Of a stretch of 64,000 nucleotides of DNA, positions 1 to 12,177 are shown in pieces (position 1 is the first letter of the stretch; every line of letters starts with the position of its first letter). The DNA is from an uncultured Gemmatimonadaceae bacterium. GTDB taxonomy: Bacteria; Gemmatimonadota; Gemmatimonadetes; Gemmatimonadales; Gemmatimonadaceae. Position numbers and translations under genes: made by a program. Where the stretch lies: positions 32,001 to 96,000 of the forward strand of contig CAWHHI010000017.1 in assembly GCA_963829055.1 (NCBI GenBank), read 5' to 3'. The notes below the pieces were generated by a model. It was not told where the DNA came from. It did not search any database and saw nothing but the letters and a program-made list of their open reading frames with translations.

Positions 1-1569
1 CTTCACGAGCAGCCCAGCCCCGACGACCAGCATCATGGCCAGGCCGACCTCGAGCGCGACGAGCGCGCGACGCAGCGCGTGCGTCGCCAGCGGCACCGGT
101 GTTCCCGCGGCCGCTCTCGCGCAGCGTCCCGGCGACGTTGCCCACGATCGCCCATGACGGGGATCAACCCGAAGACGAGTCCCGTGAGCGCGGACACCCC
201 GAGCGCGAACGCCAACACCGTGCCGTCCACGCGCACGTCGCCGACGGCGGGCAGCCACGGACCGATGAGCGTTACCAGCGCGCGGACGCCCCACGTCGCG
301 AGCAGCACGCCGAGCACGCCGCCGGCGAGCGAGAGCGCGACACTCTCAGTGAACAGTTGCCGCGCCAGCCGCGCGCGACCGGCACCTAACGCGGTGCGCA
401 CGGCGAGCTCCCGCGACCGGCTGCGACGCACGCGCCAGCACGAGGTTCGCCACGTTCACGCACGCCAGCACGAGCGTGAGCACTACTGCGCCGAACAGGA
501 TCCAGCACGCCGCCCTCGGGAGTTGCCGAGGATCTCGTCGCGCAGCGGGACGACGTCGCGCGCGGTCCAACCCGGCGTTCGTGTCGCCGTACTCGCTCGC
601 GAGCCGATTCGTGATGACGGACATGTCGCGATCGCGCACGCGCCGCGGTCACGCCCGGCCGCGAGGCGCGCGATCGCCTCCAGCCACCGCACTCCGCGCG
701 TCCGCGGAATTCCGCTCGCCGGCACGACGGAGATCGGAGTCCAGACTTCCGTATCGCGCTCGGGAAACCGGAAATCCGCCGGCATGACCCCGACGACGGT
801 GAACGGCTCGTCGTTCAGGCGGAGTGTACGCCCGACAATGTCGCGCGCCGACCCATAACGAGTGCGTCCACAACCGGTGCGAGAGCACCACCACGCGATC
901 GCGCCCGTCGACGTGCTCGCTCGGCAGAATCGTTCGGCCGAGGGCGCGCTCACGCCGAGCGTCTCGAAGAAATCGGCGGCGACGAACGCGGTCTTGAGAC
1001 GAACGGGCTCTCCACCATCCACCAGCGCGAGACCGGTGGGCAGCGTGCTGTACGCGGACACGCCGGTCGAAGGCGAGTGCCAAGTCGCCGCCAATCGTCG
1101 AGATCCGGAATGGAGATTGGGCTTCGCGCCTCGTTGCGAGTCGGGATTTGCGAGCCACAGCCTGACGAGTCGATCCGGCGATGCCGAACGGCAGCTCGCG
1201 GAGCAGGACGCCACGCACGACGCTGAAGATCGCGGTCGTCGCACCGACACCGAGCGCGAGCGTCAGGACGACGACGGCGGTGAAGCCCGGGCTGCGCCGT
1301 GCCGCGCGCGCGGCGTACGCGAGATCCTGACGAAGCTGGTCGAGGAGACTGGAAGCCGTGCGCGTCACCGATCTCTTCCTTGTACCGCTGCACGCCGCCG
1401 AACGCGCGCAGCGCAGCGGTCCGGGCCTCATCCGCTCATGCCTCGCGCCACGTTCTCGGCCGTTTGACGCTCGACGTGAAAGCGCAGCTCGTCGTCGATC
1501 TCGCGAGACATGCGGCTCCGAAACACGAGCGACCGGATGCCGCAGAACCAGTCGTTGAAGCCAGAGCAT
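1..1569 (-). CDS. ADOP-family (MacB-like duplicated orphan) ABC permease, N-terminal part; runs off the window; frameshifted
   Basis: Across frames: [95 protein letters not shown]. Confidence 0.9.
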
Positions 1570-1629
1570 ACATTCCTCTGCACGGTGATCGCCCGCATGC
1601 GCCTAACGCGGCATTCGGGCGAGCCAGTC

Positions 1630-1680
1630 TGTAGAACGTCTACAAGAGACTGACCGGTCTCCTGTAGAATGTCAAGGAGA
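1630..1680. promoter_or_regulatory. Tandem palindromic operator-like boxes upstream of the ADOP permease gene
   Basis: TGTAGA-acg-TCTACA (1630-1644) and a related TCTCC-TGTAGA-atg-TCAAGG-AGA (1658-1680). The second overlaps a minus-strand TTGACA (1670-1675). Confidence 0.5.
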
Positions 1681-1760
1681 GCGACGCCTTCTTGCGGTAC
1701 GCGGCAGAACCAGCCGGGTTTCGCGGGTGGACACGACACGTTCCGGTTGCAGAGTACGGC

Positions 1761-2122
1761 ATGACTCCAGCTGATCGCGTCGCGGGGACCGCCGCAGGCA
1801 TCGTCATGACAGGCGGGATCGCCTTCGTCATAGTGATGGCGCGCCGACCCAAGCCTCCCGGCGCCGAAGGCCCGGCGCGCCGCGATCGCTGGTCGATGCT
1901 CTGGATCGCGAACAATGCAGCGCGTGTCGTACGCCGTCGTGTGGTCGCCGAGGCATTGGGCCGGCGCGACTGGCCATCGCGGTCGCCGTCTTCACGCTCG
2001 GCACGGCACTCCGCGTTCGCGCGGAGGAGACGCTGTTACGCGCCGCGTTCGGGGCCACGTTCGACGCGTACGCGAAGCGCGTCCCGGCGGTGGTGCCGCG
2101 TCCCGGCTCGAATCGAGTGTGA
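1761..2122 (+). pseudogene. Isoprenylcysteine carboxyl methyltransferase (ICMT)-like membrane protein, short, frameshifted, possibly internally deleted
   Basis: N-terminal TM segment; another frame ends RVRAEETLLRAAFGATFDAYAKRVPAVVP, typical of the ICMT/PEMT C-terminus; only ~120 codons. Confidence 0.5.
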
Positions 2123-2188
2123 GGCAGCACCCGCAGACCGCGTTGGTGGCGGGTGCGATCTACTTCCGAGAATCGTTATCGTCACGGC

Positions 2189-2865
2189 ATGACCGAGCAG
2201 ACGATGTACCTGGCGGTTGCTGGCTTCGCGGTACTGAGCATCGGGCACTGGCTGTGGCGCCGAAGGCGCGCGCGCGACATCGCGGAACGTTGGCTCGCCC
2301 AGCATCACTACCGTGTTCGGGATCTGCGCCCCGTGTACAGGAGCGGCAGCCCACGCTTTCGCGCGACTCCGTTTCGCAACAACGATTGGGCGGTCGACTT
2401 CACCGCGGAGGTCGACGACATGCGACTCGGCGGCACGGGCGAGGTGCGGCTTCGCGTGTGGACGGACGGGCTCGGCATGATCGATCGCGAACCGGAGATC
2501 TCGTGGGACCGGATGCCGACGGATGACGAGGGCGGCGCGCTGCGCCGGAGTCGCAGTGGGCGAACGCGCAGATCGCGGTGCTCCGTCGAGTAGCGGCGGG
2601 CGAGTCGACATTGCGCCCGGCGGGACGCGATGCGGCGGCGCGTGCGAAGTTCGACGAAGAAGTCGAGCACATCCTCGCGCTCAACCGTCGAGGCCTGGTC
2701 ACTTGCGCGACGCCGATCGCGGAGCTCAGGAGCGACGCGCAGTACGCGGCGATCACGGACGTGGAGCTGACGGCGGACGGCCGACGCATGATCGAGCGGG
2801 CGGACGCGTCGGCGGCAGCGGAGGCACGCGCACGCGACGTACGCACCCCCGATCCAAGCTACTGA
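2189..2865 (+). CDS. Hypothetical protein with N-terminal membrane anchor (frameshift near 2545-2575)
   Basis: MTEQTMYLAVAGFAVLSIGHWLWRRRR joined to ORF 2578-2865; protein-like composition. Confidence 0.6.
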
Positions 2866-2886
2866 GGGCTCAGCCGAGGGTACATC

Positions 2887-3348
2887 ATGCTCGATGCGAT
2901 TCGTTCTCTGTTCAGTGCGAAGTCAGCGGATGCGAAAACGGTGGACGCCACGCCTAACGTCGACCCAGTGCACCTGGCGGCGTGCTCGCTGCTGTTGGAG
3001 GTCGCGTACGCGGACGGCGTCTTCTCTCCGGAGGAGCGGGCGCATCTCGAGCAGGTGCTGGAGCGGCACTTCTCGCTGCCGGCGGACTCGGGGCAGCTCC
3101 TGATCGAGCTCGCGGAGAAGGAGCGGGGTGGATCGATCGACCACTTCCAGTTCACGCGCGTGCTGAACGAGCGCTACGACGTCGGTCAGAAGATGGTGTT
3201 GGCCGAGGTGATGTGGGGGCTCGTGCTCGCGGACGGTGAGATCGCGGAGCACGAGCATTATCTGACGCGTAAGATCGCGAACCTGCTCGAGCTCGAGCCA
3301 GGCTATCTGTCGGCGGCCAAGGCGCGTGCAGCGGGTGAGTCTCTCTAG
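2887..3348 (+). CDS. TerB-family (tellurite resistance-like) protein
   Basis: LAACSLLLEVAYADGVFSPEE and MWGLVLADGEIAEHEHYLTRKIANLL, the duplicated ADG..E motifs of TerB. Confidence 0.9.
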   Translation: MLDAIRSLFSAKSADAKTVDATPNVDPVHLAACSLLLEVAYADGVFSPEERAHLEQVLERHFSLPADSGQLLIELAEKERGGSIDHFQFTRVLNERYDVGQKMVLAEVMWGLVLADGEIAEHEHYLTRKIANLLELEPGYLSAAKARAAGESL

Positions 3349-3941
3349 CTGGCTGCTGCGTGCTGCTTGCTGACATTCGGGATCGCTGTCTTGTCGGCGG
3401 GGGCGTCGCGTCTCCGGCGGCGTAGGCGCTTACACGCCTCGAGCCGACGGGTACCGAACTCCGTGTGAGGCTGAGCTGGCTCGGCCCCGTCGTCTCGGGG
3501 CTACGCGCTAACGCCGCCTACGACGCGACAGCCCCGCCTCCTGGTACGCATCCCGAACCGTCAGGACAAGCAGCGCGCAGCACCCAGCAAGTGCGCGCCC
3601 TAACGCGCGACGGCGCCCGCCCGCGAGCTGGGTTGCACGCACTTGCTGCACGCTGGTTGCTGGGCGCGCCGCTGAGCGGCGCGCGAAGCGGGGTCGCGAT
3701 GCGTGGGCGGTGACGAGCGGCCGGCCCCGGAGCGGCATGCCGTCGGGCGCGGGCGCTCGGCGCAGGCGGCGTCGCGCGTAGCCCCGAGAGCAACGGGGCC
3801 GAGCCACTCTCCCGACACGGAGCCGCGTGCCCGTTGGCTCGAGGCGTGCAAGCGGTGGCCGCCGGAGCCGAGTGCCCGCGCCTAGCGCCGCGATGATCCG
3901 GACCAGCCCCGCGCGCACGGCGAGCACGCAGCAGCAGCTAG
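3345..3941. repeat. ~590-bp imperfect inverted-repeat (fold-back) element, MITE-like, between convergent genes
   Basis: CTAG at both ends; terminal IR CTG(G)CTGCTGCGTGCT; internal arms 3428-3454/3827-3853, 3478-3490/3793-3805, 3493-3508/3774-3789. Confidence 0.75.
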
Positions 3942-6900
3942 AGCTTCGCCTCCGCCGACTGCCGCCTGAGCTGCAGCACGCGGACGTTCGGATCGACCAC
4001 GACGCGCTCGGGCTTGAACGCACGTCCGAATCGTCACCGACTGCTTCTCCTTGCTGCCTAACGTCAACGACACGATCACGACCTGTACGGCTCGGCCGGC
4101 TTCCTGGCCTTCTTCGTCGTGTCCGACGGAAACCGCTCGCCCCGAACCGCCGCCATCTCGATGCGGCATCCGCCCCGTGCCGACGTTCTCGACCTCGGCC
4201 GTCGTCACCCAGCCGCCACCGGGCGCCGCGACGGTCTTCGCGTCGTGCACGCGATACTCCGGAACGACCACCGTGTCGAACCACTGGCGCACGAAATCGT
4301 CGTACGACGCCGTGTCGGGCGCATAACGCCGCATGTGCACCACGAAGTCGTGCAGCACCGGATGGTCCGGATTGCCGTTGTACGCCGCGATGAAGTCCTT
4401 CATGCCGCGCAGCGTCGGCTCGCGCCCCATCCGGTGCATGAGCATCCAGAACACCCAGCCGCTCTTGTCGTACGTGACCGTCTCGTCACCCGCCTTCGAC
4501 CCATCGAGCCGCAGGAGCTTGCGCTCCGCGTCCGCCTGACGCGTGATCGCCATAACGCGACTCGATGCGCTTGCGGAACTCCATCGCGTCGCGCTCGCCC
4601 TTCACCTGCTCGATCAGCAGCGCGGTCGAGAAGTGCGCCATCCCCTCGCTCAGGATGTCGCCGCTCGGTCCCTTCCCCGGCTGCAGCATGTTGCCCCACC
4701 ACTGGTGCGCCGACTCGTGCGCGGTCACGAGGAACGCCAGGTTCGTCTTCGGGTCGCTCTTCGTCAGGAAGCCGATGCCCTCCGAGAACGTGATGTTCGT
4801 CGGGAAGCCCTGCGCGTACGTCGCGAGCGCCGGGAACTCGCTGATCTTGAGCTCCTTCCACGGGAACGCGCCGAACCACTCGCCGTAGTACTTGCGCGCG
4901 GCGTCGAGCGCCTCGCTCATCTCCTTCACGTTGTACGGGTGGTCCGTCGTAGTAGTAGAGCGCCGTGCCGTTGCCGCGCTTCACCTGCCAGCGGCCGGCC
5001 ACGACGTTGAACGCCATGACCGGGTGGTCGCTCTTCCACACGACCGTGCGCCGTCCGTTCGACGTCGAGTCCGAGATCTTCTCGCCCACCGAGTTCGCCG
5101 TGAAGTCGGCCGGCGTCGTGATGCGGATCCGCGTCGTGGTCGGCAGCTCGCTGCCGAACGCCGGCTCGGTGATCCCCTCGTAGAAATCGTCGGGGTACTG
5201 TCGCGGCTCGTAGTCGTTCTTCCCTTCCTTGCGGCCGATCTCCTCGAGGTAGCCGACCGTCGGGAAGTAGCGCGGCGAGAAGCTCGTCATCACCACGCCC
5301 GACGGCACGCACGAATTCCCCCGCTCCGCCGCCGTTCTTGCGTCGCGCCCGTTTCCGTCCCCGTGTAGCTGAAGCCGAGACGCAGCGTGTCACCCGGCAT
5401 GAGCGGCTTGGGTGGCGTGAAGACGTGCAGCAGCGACGCGGTGTCGGGCGTGTACGCTACGCCGTTCATCGTCCACTTGAGATCACGCCACGACGGCGAG
5501 ATCGTGACCGGCACCTTGTCGCAGCTTCCGATCGTGCTTGTTCACGAGCACGTACGTGCCCTTCACCGTCCACGATCGCTCGTTCGGCTCGAGCACCGAG
5601 GTCCATGTCCACGTCCGGCGAGTGCGGGCACCGGGGCGTCCTTCCAGGTCGCGAGGTTCTTCTTCCAGTAGTCGCTTCGCCTTCTTGTCCGTCGGCCCGC
5701 CGTCGGGGCCATTCTCGATCTGGCGCCAGAGCATTCCGCCGGCGATGACCGGGACGAGCAGCGCCGGCGCCGCGCGAAGGAGCGACGTCCGCAGCGCCGA
5801 CGGCCGCAGTCCGATGCATGACGCGGATCGCGTCGCGGTCCTGTCGCGGGTACTGACGAATCGCGATCACGCAGGAAGAACGCGCCAAGCGCCGAGCACG
5901 AACAGGCGACTCAGCACGAGCGCGGTCCGGTCGATCTCGAGCGTGCTCATGTCGCTCCACCGCACCGCGTTCCACAGCGGCCAGTTGCCGAGCCAGTTCA
6001 GCTTGTTCGTCAGCGCGAGGTACGCCGTGTAGCCGAACGCGGCGAGCGAGACGCCGTAGGCCGAGAAACGGTTGCGCGTCACCGAATAGGCGGCGAATGA
6101 CGAACGCGGTCCACGCGAGGAACGTCGGGACGACGAGCCCACCCCAGACGAGCACGAACGGCAGCACGCTCGAAGCCGACGCGCCCCTGCACGAGCAGCG
6201 CGATCCAGCACGCGAGCAGGCACGCGACGCCGACGATGACGCCGATCGCGCACAACGCGACCACCTTGCCGATGACCAGCGCCGACGTGCGAATCGGCAA
6301 GCGCGTTGGCGATCGCGCTGAACCCGGTCGACCGCTCGCGCTCCATGCTCTCCACCGCGTAGAAGACCAGCAGGAGGCTGAGCAGCGTCGTCATGAACTG
6401 CATCTGCGTTCACGGCGAGCGTGCCCGGCGTGAGCAGCAGCGGCGTGTCGAACGCACCTAACGCCACGAGCGAGTTGCCGATGGTCTGGAACAGGATCAG
6501 CGGCACGAACAGGTAGAGACCCGGCTGGCTCCGAAGCTCGCGCATCTCCGAGCGTGCGACCTGCCACACCGTCTGCCAGAATCCGGCCGCGCGACGAGCG
6601 CATCCCGAGCTCCGCCAACGTGTCGACGCGACGCGGCACCGGCTGTCGCGAACTCACCGACGGCGGTCGGCTCGGCGACGCCCTTGCGCGGCTTTCACCT
6701 TCCCTGACTGACGCAGCGTCTGCGCGAACCGGGCGCCCGCCGGCCACCACCGCACCCAAGCCCGAGCAGCACGAGCGTCAGGCGACTGAGCAGGAACGGC
6801 GACATCGAACCCGATGCGCTGCGTGTTGTAGTAGTCCGCGCCACGATCGACCTTGAGGTACGTCTCGTTGAGCCAGCGCACCCCGCCGGGATCGATCAGC

Positions 6901-7574
6901 ATCAGCAGCCGGTTGATGCGGAGGTCCAGCCAGCTCGGCGACCAGTTCCAGAGGAAGAAGAACCCGCCGAGCACGAGCACGATCGGCAGCACGAACACGA
7001 GAATCGGCTTCCGCGTCCAGGCACCGAGCGCGAACGCGGCCCCGGAGATGAACACGAGCATCGGCAGCGCGAATCACGAGCGCCGGCCGCAGGTAGTTCG
7101 TCAGCACGAGCGGCCCGCGCGTCTCGGCCATCTCGGCGTTCGGGATCGCGTGGAAGAACAGCAGCATCAGCGCGATGACCGCGGCGAGCGAGCCCAGAGC
7201 GCCGTGACGAGCGTCGCGGCGTACTTCCCCGCAATGTACTCGCCCGGCGTGAGCGGCGTCGCGTGCAGCAGCTCGCCCGACGCGAAGCTCGCCATCGCGG
7301 ATGACGCTCATGCCCGCCGCCGCGGCGATGAAGAACGACATCAGCGTCGCGACCGTGATGGCGAGGATCTGTGCGGCGCGAACTCCGACGTGATGAACGC
7401 CTTCTTCCCACCGACGCGTCGCGTCGCCCGACGCGATGACGATCGAGACGTTGCCGGTCGAGAGGCCCCAGACGATGAAGCCGAACGACGAGACAGGCAG
7501 ATGTAGAACATCGGACGACGCGCGTTGAACGCCAGCTCGTTTCGCGCGACGAGCCACAACCGGCGGAGGCTCAT
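3938..7574 (-). CDS. ABC-2 type permease fused to M1-family aminopeptidase (multiple frameshifts)
   Basis: Two ABC-2 membrane modules (MSLRRLWLVARNEL; WQVARSEMRELRSQPGLY), then TAHESAHQWW...LSEG (HEXXH-18-E), YDKSGW, ending [21 protein letters not shown]. Confidence 0.9.
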
Positions 7575-8543
7575 CGCACCACCTCCCGGTCGGCGCCGAC
7601 GCGGCACTGACGTCCTGGAATACGCGCGCATCGCTCGGCACGGCAGAGCCGGCTCCGTTCTTCGCGTTAGGCCTGCCGTGCATGAGGACGAAGTAGGCGT
7701 CCTCGAGCGTCGGCACCGCCGGCTCGAACCCGGGCGGCGCCTCGCGACTCGGCTCGTGGATCCGGACGCGGTTCCGTCCTTCGACGAGCACGGCCTGCGT
7801 CACGCGCCGCGCGCGTCTGCAGCGTCGTCCAGCTCGGCCGCCGCGACCGCGCCCTCGAAGATCGTCCCGGCGAGCATGCGGCGCGCTTCCGTCGGTGACG
7901 TCTCCGCGACGACCTGCCCGTTGCGGATGACGGCGAATCGCGGGCAGAGCACGGCGACGTCCTCGACGATGTGCGTCGACAGCAGCACGGTGCGCTGTTC
8001 CGCGAGCTCGGCCAGCATGCGGTAGAAGCGGTGGCGCTCTTCGGGGTCGAGGCCGGCCGTCGGCTCGTCGACGATGATGAGTCGCGGGTCGCCGGCGACG
8101 GCCTGGGCGATGCCGAGTCGCTGACGCATGCCGCCGGAGTAGTCCTTGACCTTCCGCTTCGCGGCGTAGGCGAGGTTCACCCGCTCGAGCAGCGACGCCG
8201 CGAGCTTCCGCGTCTCCTTGCCGCTCGCGACGCCCTTGAGCTGCGAGCAGATACTCGAGCATCGCCTCGCCCGTGAGGTGCGGGAAGAAGCCGAAGTCCT
8301 GCGGCAGGTAGCCGAGCACCGACCACAGCGCGCTCGGGCTCGGCGAGCACATCGCGACCGTCGAGCGTGACGGATCCCGACGTCGGCTCGAGCACTCCGG
8401 CGAGGATGCGCATGAAGGTGGACTTGCCCGGCCCCATTGGGGCCGAGCAGCCCGAACATGCCGGTGCCGATGTCGAGCGAGACGCCCTGGAGGGCGGTGA
8501 CGGGGCCGGGATAGACCTTCACGAGGTTGCGAACGCTGAGCAT
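7571..8543 (-). CDS. ABC transporter ATP-binding protein (frameshifted)
   Basis: GPNGAGKS Walker A, YSGGMRQRLGIAQA signature, IVDEPTAGLDP, LSTH; ATGA overlap with the permease gene. Confidence 0.95.
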
Positions 8544-8693
8544 TGGCGGAGAGCGGAAAGGGAAGCCTGAGTCTACGGCGTGGAGCACGAGGCGCAACAG
8601 CTAGCAACTGCCGGCGCCGAGCTGACGGGTCAGACCCGAGTACGCTCGGTGCCGCGCTGTTGGTACCTGAACCTTCTGAGCCCGTCGCCTGTC

Positions 8694-8714
8694 TCACCTT
8701 GAAACCTTAGGTGA
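8694..8714. promoter_or_regulatory. Palindromic operator-like site upstream of the padR-family gene
   Basis: TCACCT-tgaaacctt-AGGTGA ~85 bp before the PadR start. Confidence 0.35.
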
Positions 8715-8796
8715 AGCGTCGCCGTTCTAGCCTAAGAACGTTATGTCTCGCGCCCATGCCGGCCTCCGTTCCCATGATCCTCCGATTCCGCAATCC

Positions 8797-9139
8797 ATGG
8801 CTGACCCCGATCTCGATCTGCTCCGCGGCACTCTCGATCTCCTGATCCTCAAGACGCTGAGCTGGGGTCCCATGCACGGACTCGCGGTACTCCGCTGGGT
8901 CGAGCAGGTGACCGAGCAGCCGGCTCCAGATCACCGAGGGCGCGCTGTACCCGGCGCTCCACCGGATGGAACAGAAGGGTTGGCTCGACGCGGATTGGGG
9001 TTATACCGACCGGAATCGCGAGGCGAAGTTCTACAAGCTCAACGCCGCCGGCCGGCGTCAGCTCACCGCGGAGTTCTCGAAGTGGTCGCGCTACACCGAG
9101 GCGGTGAACCTCGTGATCACGGCGCAGGGGGCGAGATGA
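8797..9139 (+). CDS. PadR-family transcriptional regulator (Acidobacteria-type), frameshifted
   Basis: LLRGTLDLLILKTLSWGPMHG...EGALYPALHRME...NREAKFYKL; ATGA coupling to the permease. Confidence 0.92.
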
Positions 9140-11905
9140 GCGACGCGACTCGAAGGACAGGCCGGCCCAGGCTCTTTCGTCTGCCGACCGCGCGGCGACC
9201 GCCTCCGCGCGCGACATCGATCGCGAGCTGCGCTTCCACATCGAAGGGCGGATCGAGGAGCTGATCGCGCAGGGCCTACACGCGCGAGCAGGCGGAGCGC
9301 GAGGTCAGTGAACGCTTCGGAGACGTCTCGACCGTACGCGACGAGCTGCGAGGAGATCGACACGATGACACACCGGAAGACGCGAGCTCGGCGAATGGCG
9401 GAGCGCACTCGCGCGCGATTTCGGCTACGCGATTCGCGGTCTCGTTCCTTCGTCCCGGCGTTCGCCGCCGTCGTCGTGCTGACGCTCGGGCTGGGCATTG
9501 GAGCGACGACGGCCATCTACGCGCTGCTCGACGCCGTGGTTCTGCGGCCGCTGCCCTACCCTAACGCGGAGCGCCTGGTCTACATCGACCATCCCGTCCC
9601 GGGCGTCGAGACGAACGCGAATTGGCGCATGTCGCAGGCGGGCTACTTCTTCTTCCGCAAGAACTCCAAGCCGCTCGAGAACATCGCGCTCTTCAACCGC
9701 AGCGAAGCCACGTCTCGTCACGCGCGGACGCCGCCGAGCGCGTGCGGGCCGCGGCGGTGAGCGAGCAACTTCTTCGACGTCGTCGGCGCTCGGCCGTTCC
9801 TCGGCCGATCTTCACCGCTGCCGACAACCGACCTAACGCCCACCAGTCGTCGATGCTCGGGTACGACTTCTGGCGTCAGCGATTCAACGGCGATCCACGC
9901 ATCGTCGGGACGAGCGTCAACCTTGGCTCGGCGCCGTCGACGATCATTGGCGTGGCGCCGCCGAAGCTCGACCTCCCGGACTATCAGGTGCAGGTCTGGC
10001 GCCCTCTGGAGCTCGATCCGGACGCGCCGGCCGTCAACTCGCACTACCTCGACGCGGTCGCGCGGCTCGGCCCCGGCGTGACGGTGGCCGCGGCGCAGGC
10101 AGACGCGGCCGCCTGACGAGTCGGTTGCCCGAGGAGTCTTCCCTCGCGCCTACAGCCCCGGCTTCATGCGCGAGTCACGCTTCGCCGTGCTCGTCAGCGC
10201 CACTCCGTGACATCGGTGATCGGCGGCATGAGTCGCACGCTGTGGATCCTGCTCGCGGCCGTGTCGATCGTGCTGCTCATCGCCTTCGCGAACGTGGCGA
10301 ACTGTTTCTGGTGCGCGCGGAGTCGCGGCGGCGCGAGACTCGACGATTCGCACTCGCGCTCGGTGCCGAGCGCCTGCACCTCGCCGGTCACTACCTCTCC
10401 GAGAGCATTCTGCTCTCGCTGGTCGGCGGGGCGCTCGCCGTCGGCTCGCGTACGGCGCGTCCGGTTCCTCATCGTCCTCAATCCGTCGTCGGTTCCGCGA
10501 CTCGCCGAGCTCTCGTTCGGCTGGCGGCCGCTGCTCGCCGCGTTCGTCGCTGTCGTTAGGCGCCGGGATCGTGCTCGGACTGTTGCCGCTGACACGCCTG
10601 GCCGTCGACCGGCGACAGACGTGCCGACACTGCGCGAAGGCGGACGCACGCAGACGGCATCACGTCGGCCAGCTCAGCGCGCGCTCGGCGCTCGTCGTCG
10701 CGCAGATGGCGCTTGCGGTCGTGCTGCTCGCCGCGGCCGGGCTCATGCTGCGAAGCTTCCAGCGGCTCCGATCCGTCCAGCCCGGGCTCGAACGCGTCCG
10801 GGCGTGCTGACGTTCGAGGTCGCGCTGCCGTGGACGCGGTACGGCAACGCTCCGCGTGCCGGGGCCCGAGCGGCGTACCTGCCGTCGTTCCGCTTCTATC
10901 GCGAGCTCGCGCAACGCCTCGCAGCAGCTGCCCGGCGTGACGCAGCGTCGCCATGACGTCGGCGCTCGCCATCAAGGACGGCGATGGGTGCGCGCTCGTG
11001 TTCGCGAAGGGAACGCAGCTACACACGCGAGACCGCTCCCTGCGTCGGCGACTGTCATCGCTGGTCCGGGCTACTTCTCGACCTTAGGCATCCCGGTGCG
11101 CGGCCGGACGCCGACGTGGGCCGACGTCGAAGAGAAGAACGGCGCGGTCGTGGTGAGCAAGGCGTTGGCCGAGCACATGTGGCCCGGCGCAGGATCCGAT
11201 TCGGCAAGGAGCTTCGGCCTAACGGCGTCGGCTGATCCATGGTATCACGTCGTCGGCGTGACCGGCGACGTGCTGACGCGCGGCCTCGACCAACCGCCGA
11301 GCGAGATCGTGTACTACCCGATGGTGCCGATGGAGGGCGCGCCGCTCTGGTCGCCGCCGTTGCACGTGACCGTCGTGATCCGTACTCGCGCCGACGGACC
11401 CGTTGTCGCTCATGGCGCCTGTGCGTCGTATCGTGACGGCGCTCGACCGAGAGATCCCGATCGCCAACGCGCAGACGATGGAAACGATCGTCGCGACGTC
11501 GACGGCGAAGAGCGACGTTCGCGATGCTGCTGCTGGCGATCGCGGGCGGGATGGCGCTGGTGCTGAGCGCGGTCGGGATCTACGGCGTGATCTCGTACAC
11601 GGTGAATCAGCGTCGCGCGGAGATCGGCGTGCGGATGGCGTTAGGCGCGCACGCGTCGCAGGTCGGTCGGATGGTCGTGGGCCAGTCGCTGCGCGTGGCG
11701 GCTGTCGGCATCGCGATCGGACTCGCGGGCGCGCTCGCCACGACGCGCGTCCTGCAATCACTCCTGTTCGGCGTGAGCCCGACGGACCCGCTTACACTCG
11801 TCGGTGTGACGGTGCTCCTCACCACCCTCGGCGCGCTGGCAAGCTATATGCCCGGCGCGCAGGGCGACGAAGGTCGATCCGGTCGAGGTGCTGCGGAGGG
11901 AGTAA
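9136..11905 (+). CDS. ADOP-family ABC permease (many frameshifts)
   Basis: DRELRFH, LTLGLGIGATTAIYALLDAVVLRPLPY, LLIAFANVAN, VAQMALAVVLL, GIYGVISYTVNQRRAEIGVRMALGA, ending VDPVEVLRRE*. Confidence 0.92.
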
Positions 11906-12045
11906 GGGACTGCACTGAGGAGCGCGGCGGCGAACGGAGGGACCTGCTGGGATGCCATCGCAGCCGTCACTCGCCGAGCGTCCGCGACTCGGAACGGCGG
12001 AACGCAGAGCGCTCTGAACGCGCAGACTACGCAGAAAACAACGTT

Positions 12046-12173
12046 TGTCATCCCGAGCGACAGCGAGGGATCTTCTCCAACGTCCTCATGGCCGGTCCGG
12101 CCACGATGACATCACAGAAGATCCCTCGCTGCGCTTCGCTGCGCTCGGGATGACACGCGTCCTCGGGATGACA
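12046..12173. repeat. REP-like palindromic element, family A (GTCATCCCGAG...CTCGGGATGAC), right arm duplicated
   Basis: GTCATCCCGAGCG..GAGGGATCTTCT..AGAAGATCCCTC..CTCGGGATGAC between convergent genes. Confidence 0.9.
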
Positions 12174-12177
12174 CCAG

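Noticed and set aside
2887..3348. ter operon or defence island
   Set aside because: Single TerB-family gene with no other ter or defence genes nearby
6778..8697. 639-aa ORF joining ATPase and permease fragments
   Set aside because: Chimeric reading produced by frameshifts across two genes
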